Below are positions 14,360 through 27,301 of a stretch of DNA of 64,000 nucleotides, in pieces (position 1 is the first letter of the stretch; every line of letters begins with the position of its first letter). The translations under genes were made by a program, and so were the position numbers. The notes beneath the pieces were generated by a model that ran no database searches, had not been told where the DNA came from, and saw only the letters and a program-made list of their open reading frames with translations. Source of the stretch: Owenia fusiformis (Eukaryota); the NCBI GenBank assembly GCA_903813345.2, contig CAIIXF020000001.1, positions 19,220,001 through 19,284,000 on the forward strand. The letters are read 5' to 3'.

Positions 14360-14606
14360 ACCATGACTTTAATACAATTACGAAAAGTTCCTACCATTTT
14401 CAAAGTGGTGGCCATCTGGATATTGTACCACTATTTAACATTATACATCTTTCTACCAAATATGAATATAATCCATTCACTAGTATTTGAGACATTTTCT
14501 GGACAGACAAATGGATGGACTGAGTGACAGACCGATGTATGGCTGGATGGACGGACTTACGGAGGGCTTCACTATATCCCAAACAAACTACGTTCATTGG
14601 GATAAT
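14360..14606 (+). mobile_element. Right-end fragment of a Helentron/DINE-1-like element
   Basis: Contains ggccatc, a degenerate (GGAC)n tract and ggagggcttcactatatccc...gttcattgggataa. It aligns with 36780-37056. Confidence 0.8.
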
Positions 14607-15870
14607 TAAAATGCAGTCTCTAAAGACCAATGGTAACCATTGGACGCAAATGAGGATGCTTGTTACCTTGAAAATTCAGGTACATTGACATGATCCAATA
14701 CTTTTATAAAAAATAAATCTTGCAGATGTTTTGAATTTCTAGCAGAAATTTTGTATGATACCCCTCCACTCATTTTGTCTGTTTTCCGGGTGTGACTATA
14801 GACCCCTCGGTCAATTCCCCACCCCCCTGCATATTTGGTTGGACAGCATCAGAGTTGTTGTTTATTCATTAGGTCCAGAGAATGTGAAGTGGTTTGTTTA
14901 TTGAGTATAATCTGATAAAAGCTTTGGATATCAACTTATCAGACACCACATGTGAGCATGAACAACAATATAGATCCAGTCAGGGCTTCTTTTACAGCTT
15001 TTCCATTGACCTGAAAACAAGCCTCATCCTAAAACTATGACGATTAGAACCTCTAAATTTGAAGGTTGATTGGATAATCAACAAATATGATTCGTCGAAA
15101 GAAATTCACAAATGTAAATTTTTTTTTAAATATAGATACTGGATTCTGTGATCAAAAATATTTATATGTACATGTATAAATGATCAAACTGCAAAGGTTT
15201 GAGCTTGACTAATATAATGTTTCTTATTCATATTGAAGAATGTCTCTAAAATCAGTAAGGTTAAATAAGAGGTTGATTATTCAATGAAATAGAAATATGA
15301 GTTGGATATTAATCATATCTAACAACAAAACCCTCCCAAACACCCATATCATTTAATTACAACAAGTTGTTCATGAACATTCGAAAATTGAATTTCTACA
15401 TTTATGAAAGTTGTAAATCTTACACTTGGTTTAATTCTACTATATTTCCAGCAATGGCTCCAAGATAAACTCTGTTAGAGTAAACCAACAAATAACGAGG
15501 CAGGTAACACAATACAAACCTAAAGACTAAACCACATCATACAATCCCACTGATACTGCAAACTGGATACACTGTTGAGATCTTGAGACATGACTTTTAA
15601 TTAGGGCCAAGTTAATGTGTTATTCTATGGATATGGTTTGTTTTCGGATAGATTGTGAGAAGTAATGGATATGATAGGATATAATGGAAGAATAACACAC
15701 AGGTTACCCACTTGCAAGACCACATTGGAAGATTTCAGACCTATTGGACAAAACCTATTCCATTCTCTAATCGGAGATTATATGATACTTGTCAATGAGT
15801 GAGAAAGCACAAAGGGCAAAGTTACAAACAACCAAACAAAACATTGTTCTTTCTACTTGGTGAACAAGAA

Positions 15871-15990
15871 CAAGATTCATGTGGTGCATGCAAGATTCAT
15901 GTGGCACCTGCAAGATTCATATGGCACCTGCAAGATTCATGTGGCACCTGCAAGATTCATGTGGCACCTGCAAGATTCATGTGGTGCCTG
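15871..15990. repeat. 20-bp minisatellite (caagattcatgtggcacctg), about 6 copies
   Basis: Direct tandem copies are visible. Confidence 0.95.
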
Positions 15991-16789
15991 CTTGCACATC
16001 TGCATGCCCATCAACACAAGAAGACAATAAAGCACTTTTCAAAGTGCGATAAAATTATTCAGAGGCGTAAAAACTGGTGAAAATACTCCTAGTTTAGTTT
16101 TTCATTGATTCTCAATTTCTAAATAAAACTCCCAAGTTATGAAATATCACATGAGGCATATTTAAAATGCCACCTCGGATAAATGTACCAACCAGACACA
16201 TATATGGGATATCAAAAAAGTCTTTACATTTTCTTACTACTGTATAATCCAAATTGGTTTGCCATGCATGTTTTATCATATTATTATTTATCTTAAATAC
16301 AAAAACATCATATTTCTGTGTAAAACATTATGGGTGATAAGACTGATATGGTTGCTATAGTAACCTTGGGGTAAGGGAGTGTGGGACAGATGTAATTCTT
16401 TATCTTATCTTTACACAGATGAGTCATTAAAAATTACTGATATACTGGTACGTTTTTGAATTTAATGTACATATTCTTGGATGAATAAATTGAAATATAT
16501 TATGATGTCATCATATGCATCCCACAACACATTCTGGAGATGACTTCATGGCAAGGACAAATTGAACAAATTAAAAAACAAATGTATTAAGATCATGCAG
16601 GATAAATATGATGTCTTTCAGGACATTTTGGACAACCATCTTGAAAGTAAACCTTCCGTGAATAAGTATTCTTTAACTATCTAGCTAAAATGAGTTGTCG
16701 TTAGTTAAGAGAGACATCTATAAACGATGTTGAGAAATATTTCCTTAAATCAGAGATATATAAACCTTGACTGTTCTCCAAAAAGCAAT

Positions 16790-17201
16790 AAGCTGACATT
16801 TTCATACAACTGACAATATAGCACAACCATATAATTTAAAAAAATTTTAAAATTACGAAGGGATTCGAACCCGGGACGTCCGCGTTCTAGGCGAGTGTTC
16901 TACCAATGTACTTCCCAGATATCACTTGATAGCTAGAGTAATTTAATGGAGGTTATTTAAACTTCTAATGAGCTAGTCACGTGACATTCTAAATTTAGAA
17001 ATCTTCGACAAATCAAATGGCTGGCCAATCATCTGAGCAATCGAAAGACCAATCATCATAATAACACCTTTTATCGTGATTATTTTTATACAGCATTTTC
17101 CCCATTTGTTCAGTATTGTATATTCTCTCATTATACCTCAAAATATCACTTGGGACCCCGGGAACAACCCAAGATTGCGTTTTTTTCGAAAAAGGCAGCT
17201 T
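16790..17201. mobile_element. Putative MITE carrying a tRNA-like segment
   Basis: Ends aagctgacatttt / aaaaaggcagctt|taa. The internal minus-strand segment 16856-16916 reads ...tggtagaacactcgcctagaacgcggacgtcccgggttcgaatccc (A-box-like and B-box motifs). Confidence 0.5.
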
Positions 17202-17777
17202 TAAGACCCCATCATTTTCTTTTGCAAGTAGACTTTTTGGATTATTCAGACTAATGTCACATTCATCCAGGCAAAATTATGTGATCTTTATTTGAACCCT
17301 AATTGTGATGTGTGAGCATAATTTATAACAAGGCATATACGTGACAAAATATAATCACCTGATAACTTAAAGCAAATGATTAGGAAAGAGTAAAAGGTTT
17401 TGGGCGCTGAATGCTAAGCACTGAACCCAAATCACAAAATAGAGCTCAACTTCATCAACATATTTGATAGCATGTTTCCAATCAGAATATTCAGTCAAAA
17501 AATTATGGCCTATATTTTCTTCTCTCTACAAGTAGAGTAGCTAAAAATCATTCCGCATTCAATCCACCAAAAATGGCAATGAAATTAAAATCATTTGTAA
17601 TCCTCAGAGAGTGGTAAGCTATCAAATGAAGATTTAAAAGGTCAGTTTTTAGTGTGATCATAATTGATTCCTAGAAAACCAATCAACTTTTAGATGACAA
17701 TTGAGTGGACACCAAATGGTAAATTTCAATTCTGAGAATGGATAGGACTGGGTGAATGTAACAAATGAGTTCCTTAC

Positions 17778-20700
17778 CTCGACCACCTCCTCTACCTCTC
17801 TGTTGGCCACCTCTACCACGCATACCACCCTGTCCTCTTGGCTTCTGTTGTACCTCTTCTTTCACCATGTCTATAACCTCATCGGGAATCCTGAGGTATT
17901 TGATTGTACTGCCTCTGATATAGCACTCAGGCATTCTCCAGAACCTGTCACCATCCTAGGGTTAAAGACAAGAGTGATTATATTTCGGGGACCACTAAAG
18001 GACATTTAAGCTGGAAAAATAACTTCTCGGAGAAGCAAATTCCACGAAACAAAACATATTTTATTTTGAACATGTTATGATAGAAATAAGCGTAGTATTG
18101 TCTCCTTCAACATCCATGGCATGATATGACACTGTAGTAGAAATTCATTCTTAAGTAGAAGTCTTATGTACAAAAGCACCAGCCTATAAAATTTGGCCCA
18201 AGGCCTATAACTGGTATTTGATTTATCAGAAATTATGTTTTCTCTGAAAAAGCACCCATTATCTTTTCAGTAGTAAGGCATCTGGCTTTAGATCTAAACC
18301 AAATCTGTGGTACTAATTAAGGGTCTAACGGTGCACCGAAACCGTGGTGCTCCACTGTTCTTGGGCCTCGGTCGGTACGTTCGGTTCGAAAACTCCGATG
18401 TTCGGTTTTTTAATGGTTCGTTAATTCAGAAAAAAGTGCCGTTCGCTAAAGTAGAGGAAGATGAATCTCGAAACGAGAAATGAAGATTTCGGCATTCTAA
18501 ACGCTCAAAAGTCGTACAAGGCCCACTGTTGGGGTTATTTTCTGTTGGGGTTATTTTGGATTTCTAGCGAGAGATGGTGTTCCTCTCCCGGAAAGAACGA
18601 TATGCCGGCTTTGCAAAATCGTTATGGTATATGAGAAAGGTACTTGGGTGCATCAAAAAGTTTTGCAATTTTGACACTATCTCAAGTTCTACATTTAGCT
18701 TTGCTTTGAAATTTGGCACAATTATAGATCATATATCTATACATAATGTGCCATGATTTGGTTGCTCATCTGTGATTGGTTAAAAAGATATGGTTGCTAT
18801 GGTAACGGGACCCGAGGGTAATCGGTTCCACCTAGAATATGTTAATTTTAAATTCTATTACATTCTGTTATTATTATGATTCAGTCACCAAAATTACAGG
18901 TTTGTGTGTCTTTTCATTCCCCTTTTTCTATTTCTTATTGTTCTGATGATACAACACAAGACTTATGACATATGGATTTACATTGTGATGTAGATTATGG
19001 GGAGAACTTGTGAATTCTGGCAGCCATTTTTGTTTCAAGTATATTTTTGGCTTCAAACCCCACTTCCATATGAACAAAGCAAGGGCCCATACAAGTAGGG
19101 TGGCAATGGATCCTCTAGAGGACCTGGATTGGGAGCGTGTACCACAGGCAACTTACTCCCCAGACACATCACCATGTGACTTCTTCTTGTTCAGTCATAT
19201 GAAGACGGGATTGAGGGGCATACCCAGGAGGAACTTGCCGCAGCCATGAGGAAGTGATTGGCTGTTTTATCAGCAGGGGGATTTCAGGCTGTCTTCAGAG
19301 ACTGGGTCCACAGACATCAACAATGTTTGGCAGCTAGGGGCAATTATTTTGAATAATTTGAGAACAATGTTTGCATAAAATTGATAATAGGAGAACATAG
19401 AGAACAATGTTTTAATATGCAGAAAAATTGTTAATATGAGACTAAACAAGGTGTTGGCAAATTGTTGTCATTTATTCTGTTTATTGCGTAATAATAAATT
19501 TGCATGGAACCATGAGGTCGCATCTTATGTTGCTATGACAACCATATTTTCTTAAAAAATGAAGATCCGGTCTCCAAATTTTACAGGTATGTCCAAAAAT
19601 GTATGATCACTGTATGTGCCAAATAAAATGACATAACTCAATATAGTTATTGCGATAGAGTCAAAATTGCAAAACTTTTTGATGCACCCAAGTACGTGTG
19701 AAAAAATGTGAAAATTTGCTGTCTGCAGAAATAGAATAGATCAAAATTATACATGCTCCCGGGCCGCTTATTTATTATGAAATCACGCCATCTATTTATC
19801 ATCGCATAAATAAAATACAATGCAAAGTTAATGATTAATTTGTAAATAAAACTGACTTAGATCAGAGGTAAACATGTTCCCGGGCTGCTCATTTAAATAA
19901 TGAAATTGCGCCATCTTTTTGAGTTATTTGATTTTTTACATTAAAGTGCGATAAGAACCGAAAACCGAACCGAAACCGAGGAGATAAAAACCGTGAACCG
20001 AACCGAACCGAGGAATTATGAAACCGTGAGAGCCCTAGTACTAATGTTATCAGAGGTATTGGAGACATCACCTGGACAGACAAATGAAGTGATATTTGAA
20101 CAGATAAATGGATGATTTCTCAATATCCCTACACTGTAGTCAAACTTAACTCGGTGGGATGTTATGGGCGACATGTCATTTCAATGATCATATGAACTAG
20201 CATTAAATTATGTGTTCACTCTTGCTTCAAGCCCTTCTGAATACATCTGGTGGTGAATAAGACAAAGATAGGGGCAGGGGGCAGGATTCTATTAATCATA
20301 TATACCTACCCTTGATGTGCAAATGACTTCTCTTAGGTTAATATTCATCCAATTGTCACAGTTTACTAAATGCCCATTGTATGTTTCACCATTCTTTAAC
20401 TCCACTAACTGAAAGGTAATCAAAAGAAAACAATAGTACATATTAAATCATCTACGGAAAAAAATTTTGAACCATTTTATTGGCACTATAGTACTACAGT
20501 CCTTTAAAGAAAGTTCAAACTTAAGCAATGTAAACTTTATAAATATGACAGCTATCAAAATAAATAAACAGCTACCACAGCTTCATCTAGTATGACCAAA
20601 ATTAAGATGATGGGTATCACCATCCTCCGAACACAGGCCTCCAGAACTCGTATGAAGGAACGAAGTGGATGATGTCTGAAACCCTGCGTTCAGAGGATTG

Positions 20701-23700
20701 GGTATCACATATGCATAATGATATTTAACCGAGATAACAGGGGCCCAGATGACAAGCATCATGGATATATCACAGAAATCTATTTACATGTGTTTACATG
20801 GTTTTTACTAATGTTTTCTTGAATTTTCAAACGGTATAAAAGAAAAAAATTAAAACCATATAAAGCATATGCAAGAAACTCTCCATGGACTTTTAGAACA
20901 AAATTTTATCATTTTTAATCTTATTTAAGATCTAAAATTTACTTTACAACTTGGATTGAGTGTATCTAGTTACCAGTATGTAATATATACTAGACCCCTG
21001 CAGATTACATTGTAAAACTCAGCCAAATACAACATAGTAGGTAATAACTTACCGATATTAACCGCTCATGTTGGCATTTGGTTCCTTCATTTTTTCAGAC
21101 ACTTGTCAGTCCTGTGTATAGTTACTGTATGTGACTTATTTATGTGTAGTGAACATGTCATTCACCATGTCTTCCAACAAAGTTATTTATTCATTTGGAT
21201 ATATGTGATGCGGACATTTGCTACTCAATTCTAAAAGAGGACATCCCGAGGTAGCAATGTCAAACATTGTACGAAGGGCGGCTGAAGCGCAATAGATCAA
21301 CTTTATTTAAGATATTATGCAAGGATACTTATAGATTTATTGCTTCATAAAGACCTGAAAATCATTTGCGGGTAACCTTCACTTCTGTTTGAAGTCAAAT
21401 GACGCTAGGAGTAAAAGCTATTGAAAACGGGTAACAGAGTATCAAACTCTTAAATGTGCCATTTCTTTTTTCAACTTTTTAAGAAAAATAGCATGCTCAG
21501 TCCATCTCAGCGGACAAAACTTTAAATACCAGCATGAGTACATGAGTGCAAATTCAGATTTCTGAGAAAATTCTACACCTATTTTATAACTCACGTTGAA
21601 TGCGGAGAACTTTTTATGAGCACATACTTAGACTATATCCTATTAGTATATTGAGACTATAAGCAACCTATGTTAAGATTTGGTAATCCCAAATATTTGT
21701 CTACATAGGAAGTGCTATTCAAAATGGCCGATGGAGTGAATTAATTTGCATATTTGTTACTTCAACTAGCTTTATTTCCACTTGACAATACGCTGTGTTA
21801 GTTTTTATTGCATTTAATTGTACCTTACTACTTTATTGAATTTATGTAATGTTTATTTTATTGAAGAAATGGTTCCTCTAATTGATAATTTTGTGCAAAA
21901 AATTTCACTGCAATTTCCACAGGACAGTAGTTGACAGTTGGATACTATACTAAGTAAATACTGGTAACTAGATACACTGTATCATATCATTTCTTTATTT
22001 GTCAAAAAGTCATGGTCAACATTGTTTACTTCCTGTAAAAGCTATCTGGATTTTGATATAATAGCTTTCCAACGACGCACTGGACAGTAGAATACTAGTG
22101 ACCTTTAAAACATGGATAATGCTAATAGCGGCTTATTTCTGGTCTCTGTGTCCTACATCAGTATCATCCATCCATGCAAGTATTGGAGCTCTGAACTACT
22201 TCTTTTTCGAGCAAGACTTGTAAATTGTTCATCGTGTGAATGTTTTTACAATCCATTTCCAATATGGCGGTTTGCTAGGTAGTGAGATATGCAACGAACG
22301 AAATGAATTTTGAGAATGAGGTAGGTTTGGACAACCTCCGCCATATTGGAATTGGGCAGAAAAAACAATCATTCGACTAACAATTACAAGTCTTGATCGA
22401 AAAGGAAGTACTTCAGCGCTCCGATACTTGCAAGGATGGATGATACTGATGGGGATACACAGTACTGTCAACCCCCAAAGATTTTCTCGCGGGACAGACT
22501 TTTTAGACCCAGTGACCAAAATTCGCGAGACATTTGAGGGATTTGTTTGGATCGCGCTAATAGGCCAAATTTTTTATCAAATTCGCGGGATTTCGCGGGA
22601 CATTCAAGGGACAAACACCCTAATTGCGGGACACTTAACAGGGTAACCACCAAAGACTTCATAGAGGGACAGATTATTTAGACAAAGAGCCCTAAATTTG
22701 CGGGATTTCACGGGACATTCAAGGGATTTGTGTGATTGGGAATAAATGTAAAAGTAAAGTTCAAATCAAACTTTCAGATAAGTCTACTGATTTATCAAAT
22801 TTAATGTACTTTATCTCACATTGTAACTTAAATTAAAGTCAACACAATTTCATACAATACGCATAGGAATATTATTAAACTTTGTTGTAATTTATCAAAA
22901 ACAAAAACCATGCTTCAGGTGTGAGTACCGTAATCTAACATGAAATTCAAAAATTCTTAACAATACTTTGCACTTAGTGGTGTTCGTTACCAACTATGAA
23001 ACGCTTACCCTCATAGTGTTATATATTAAAATGTACCTATTCATATAGGCATGGGCTTTCAATTGAAAGGGGTTCGATTAATCTACGTTAAATTATATGG
23101 AGTCAGGTTACTTTTCAAGATATCAGCGTCCATTTATTGTAACTCCAGGTTTGCTAACATTTGCTCAATTCTGAGATGTACACGCGTAGTAAAAAGTCCA
23201 ACGTTTGAACTTTTCTTATGTAACTTCTTATATAAGATAAGATAATCACATACTCCTGGTTAACTGTTAAAAATAATAAGAACATAACTTCGACATATCA
23301 GTGTTACCTGATGAATGGGACCCTCACGTGCCTTCCAAATGGTAGTAAACGAACTCTAGTGTAACTACATCAGCTTATCTTTTCGTCCGATCAACGATAA
23401 GTACAGTTATACAAGAAATGTAAACGAAGTGAAAATATTCCCAAAAATTTTCCGAAAGGCATGTCATTCCGGAAGTTATGATACGTTATGGTGTCACTAT
23501 GGTAAATCATTGAAAAATATTGAAAAAATCACAAAATTCAAGTTCTGGTGTGAGGTTCCATATCCATCCGCTAAAAGGTATGACCCTATATAGTCCATTT
23601 ACAAATTTGTGGTTTTGCTCTAAATAACGCTGGCTTGGCTTAATAGTTGGCTTCTAGGGTACCTAGTATGCCACTATTTGGTATCAAAATAAAGAGGAGG

Positions 23701-26112
23701 AGTTCAACTTTCATTTGAATTACGAAAATAGCGATGTAGGTCAAAATAGTTCCGGCGTGAGCATGTTTACTACGCATTTGCCCGTCATCTCAGAAATGAG
23801 GAAATGGTAGCAAACGTGAGTTACAATAAATGGACGCTGATATCTCAAAAAGTAACCTGACTCCCTATAACTTGGTGTAGATCAATCGAACCCCTATATG
23901 AACATGTACATTTTGATATATAACACTATTGGGGGGTGGGTACTACTTTTTGCAAGGCCTGACTTCGTCGCTAACATGCTAAATATAAGAGTTAGCTGAC
24001 GTTTGGGAGTCTGACTTACCTTCTAAAGGTTAGAACCCGAATCTTAATGAAACCATATCACCTTTGTTCCGTCAACCATGGAGCATTTGCCACAACATCC
24101 AAGAGGTAAATCATGGACCGAGAAAATGAATGATTTCCTTGAAGTTCCGAAAGTTTCAATACGAAAAATTACCGAACATATATGAAAACCGAATATTTGT
24201 TCGTTGTTTTCACGATTTACAGGTTCGTATGTTCTTCAATGTTTTGGTCTAAATTATAAAGCATCACCAACAGGTCTTACTCTATTAATCGACTAATACA
24301 GCAGACGGCTCATATTTCTACGTAGCATTTCGTTCAGACAAATAGTGGGACTGTAGATCACGCAGTTTCGTTCGTTGCGTACTTCACTCGAAATTGGTAA
24401 TTTTATATTGGCTACTTCACTTAGCTTGGCGGATGTAGAACATTGCTTAATATTCTTTTAATTTTCACACCAGACATGCTTGGTTGACACGTCAACAAAG
24501 TAAAGTTCAAGGGTCAATGCGTTATTTCGTGATAACTACAACGCCTTCCCGAAAGTCAACATTGATGAAAAATGAAAAAGTCGGAAAAGCATTTACACTA
24601 ATTTCTATCAAATGCTATGTTTATGCATCATCATCGACACAACAAAGGTGATATGGTTTCATTAAGATTCGGGTTCTAACCTTTAGAAGGTAAGTCAGAC
24701 TCCCAAACGTCAGCTAACTCTTATATTTAGCATGTTAGCGACGAAGTCAGGCCTTGCAAAAAGTAGTAAGCGTTTTATAGTTGATCACGAACGCCATATG
24801 TGCAAAGTATTGTTCCAAATTTTCGAATTTGGTGTTAGATTACGATACTCACACCTTCTGGGGTACATATTGCCATTTTCGAACAAATTAGCCCATACAA
24901 TGACTATATTTCCGCAATCCTCTATACATGACCTTCATCTTGACAATATATTTAACATAGGGTTTGCATCTCGATTTTTAAATATCACTACGCCAACATA
25001 GGGACTCATTTTTAGGTAAAATCCCTGCTTCACCAATGAAAATTAACGAATAAAGTAGTTCCTGTTTACGGGACCATATTCTTGAGATTTCTTTCTAAAA
25101 CTGGCACATTTAGAAAGTACTTGGAAAGTACTTAGAAAGATGGCATGGCTTCCTACCCGGAAGTGGTATTTACCGTAATAACACCTTATATTACCGAACA
25201 TAGGTGAAAATGGAATGTTTTTTCGATAGCATTATTACACCAAAAGTAGTGCGAAAATGGCCTTTTCACGTGTTGGCATAAAGTTTTGATGACATTTAAA
25301 GACACAGTTCCTCCTTCACGTATATTATCTCATGGAAATGGGCATACCAGCGCAAAGCTCTTTGTTCCGTGGTGAAAAAAAGCTATCAAACATTGTTCCA
25401 TTTTCATGCATGTTTGGTAATATAACGTATCATAACTTCCGGAAATGACATGCCTTTCGGAAAATTTTGGGGAATATTTTCACTTCATTTACATTTCCTG
25501 TATAACTGTACTTATTGTTGATCGGACGGAAAGATAATCTGATGTAGTCACACTAGAGTTCGTTTACTGCCATTTGGAAGGCACGTGAGGGTCCCATTCA
25601 TCAGGTAACACTCGTATGTCGAAGTTATGTTCTTATTATTTTTAACAGTAACCAGGAGTAGGGGATTGCAACAATTTTGGAAATTCGCGGAGGTCAAAGC
25701 CGACATTTGCTTGACTTCGCGAGACATTGTGGCGAATTAGCCTAATTTTGATCAAATTTGAAGGATAATCCCGCCATTCCCGGGACACTTGACAGGGATA
25801 CAGTTTGAGAACAAAAGTAAGACGCTGATCACATTGTTTCGTGTTTTAAGGGTCACTATTATTTAGCTGTACATAGCTCCGATGGAGAGCCATTAGTTTC
25901 AAAATCTAACATTGAGTAGATCTAAAACATTGTTATAAAATTTTTAGAAAACAGAGACTTCACTTACCATGGGGTGGTTTACAGCCGTCCTTAGCAAAGA
26001 AAGCGGCAACTACAATGTAAAATGAAAAGGTGTATACACAGCATCACTTTGGGGTAAGTTAAAATGTCAAAATACGCATGTGTCATCGTGTAAAAAGGAT
26101 TTAACTTACCAT
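17778..26112 (-). CDS. LSM4: U6 snRNA-associated Sm-like protein LSm4 (terminal exon not located)
   Basis: Exons 26112-26110 (ATG only), 26009-25968 ([14 protein letters not shown]), 20408-20310 ([33 protein letters not shown]) and 17955-17778 ([34 protein letters not shown] plus an RG-rich tail). All are GT-AG and in phase. Confidence 0.96.
18318..20037. mobile_element. Non-autonomous hAT element with an 8-bp TSD, in LSm4 intron 3
   Basis: TSD gtactaat at 18310-18317 and 20038-20045. Ends are taagggtctaacgg and ccgtgagagcccta, with subterminal aaccg/cggtt repeats. Confidence 0.85.
18643..19692 (+). mobile_element. Internally deleted mariner element nested in the hAT element
   Basis: TA TSD and perfect TIRs cttgggtgcatcaaaaagttttgcaattttgac. 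Transposase remnant HMNKARAH...[20 protein letters not shown] corresponds to the mariner HDNARPH and YSPDLAPxD motifs. Confidence 0.92.
20621..20700. mobile_element. Mini-MITE of the CATCCTCC family with an 8-bp TSD
   Basis: ggtatcac|catcctccgaac...gttcagaggattg|ggtatcac. A related copy lies at 46747-46831. Confidence 0.75.
23251..25660. mobile_element. Foldback-like element with about 240-bp inverted repeats (LSm4 intron 2)
   Basis: 23251-23489 is a close reverse complement of 25422-25660. Confidence 0.8.
23943..24766. mobile_element. Young TA-flanked MITE with about 126-bp perfect TIRs
   Basis: 23941-24068 is the exact reverse complement of 24641-24768, including the flanking TA. The related inverted copy at 22991-23145 shows the empty site. 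Confidence 0.9.
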
Positions 26113-26520
26113 TTTGAAAATCGTTTAAAATCGTGGAGAAATGGCCGGTGTCGAAAATGAATAAGATTGTCGTAATTTGTTTACTGCTGAAATGCTTCAT
26201 GCTTCAAAACAAATATAATGCTATATTTAAAAGAATAAATGTATACATATTGATGTAAATACGATTCCATATTTATGATAAATTGATTATAATGACAGAA
26301 AACAGCATTAGAAATGCGCTGAAATTTCTATCGAGTAGCAACTTTTACTATTCATATAAACATTGAAATGAGAGCAGTTCGAATATAGTCCGGAGTAGGG
26401 ATACTAGCGGTTACCGCTATTTGGTTTTCTGTATAAAAAGCTTTTTCTCCTTTTCTGTCCCGTCGCAGCGCCATCTAGTGTTTGATAAATGAATAAAGGT
26501 TTGTTCTTGATAGGGTAAGT
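26113..26520. promoter_or_regulatory. Probable bidirectional promoter region between LSm4 and the ankyrin/SOCS gene, with a CTCF-like motif
   Basis: LSm4 ATG at 26112 (-) and a plus-strand donor gg|gtaagt near 26515 (putative 5' UTR exon). The region is CpG-enriched, and cagcgccatctagtg at 26466-26480 is the reverse complement of CACTAGATGGCGCTG. Confidence 0.55.
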
Positions 26521-27301
26521 ACTAATCTATCAGGAAACATTTACAAGTTTGGTTAGAAACAGAATTTTTGGAGATGGCGGAGTGATTTTTGAGACTATGT
26601 AGAGCAGAATAATTTTCTGAAACAGGTAGCTTTACGGTGGTAGCTCTCTCCAGATTCAGTTATCTCAAAAACGGTGTGGTCACCGTATGCTTATTTTGTA
26701 ACGGCAAGCTAGACAAGACTCCAGTGAACACTGGGCACTGTTTCGCTGAGCTAGATCTGTGCCCATGAATATATTATGAAATGAAACGTTATAATGGTCG
26801 TCAATGGGATTTTTTACTGCAATCTTGACCCTTCATTTTCATGGAATCGGATCAAGGAAGTGAAATCCAAGCGTTATTGCATTATGCTGACGCACTGGCG
26901 CACTGTTGTGAACATCTAGAGAGTTCCATGTTGGAGATAAAATATCGTTTGTGCATATATAACCTAGTATGATGAAAAATTCCTATAATTTTCATTTTTG
27001 GCATTATGATTTAGATCAGTCTGTTTACATGTTGATCTATAATGCCAAAGATGTGTCATAACATTTATATGCACAAAAACAAAAGATTCTCATGGAACCA
27101 TATGGTACAATTATCTGCTATGAACTTACATATACACGGACTGTAATATATGGATTATATATGTATCTTCACAATTATGGTAATATCAAAACGGGATCAA
27201 AACAAACGTTTAAACTTTGACTAGCCATGGAAAATTCTCTACGTATATTCTAGTATATCTTGAGATATGCATGTATTGTACAACATTTGAATAAAATCAT
27301 A

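Noticed and set aside
15799..16080. 93-aa ORF with CKIHVAPARF repeats
   Set aside because: Produced by the 20-bp minisatellite.
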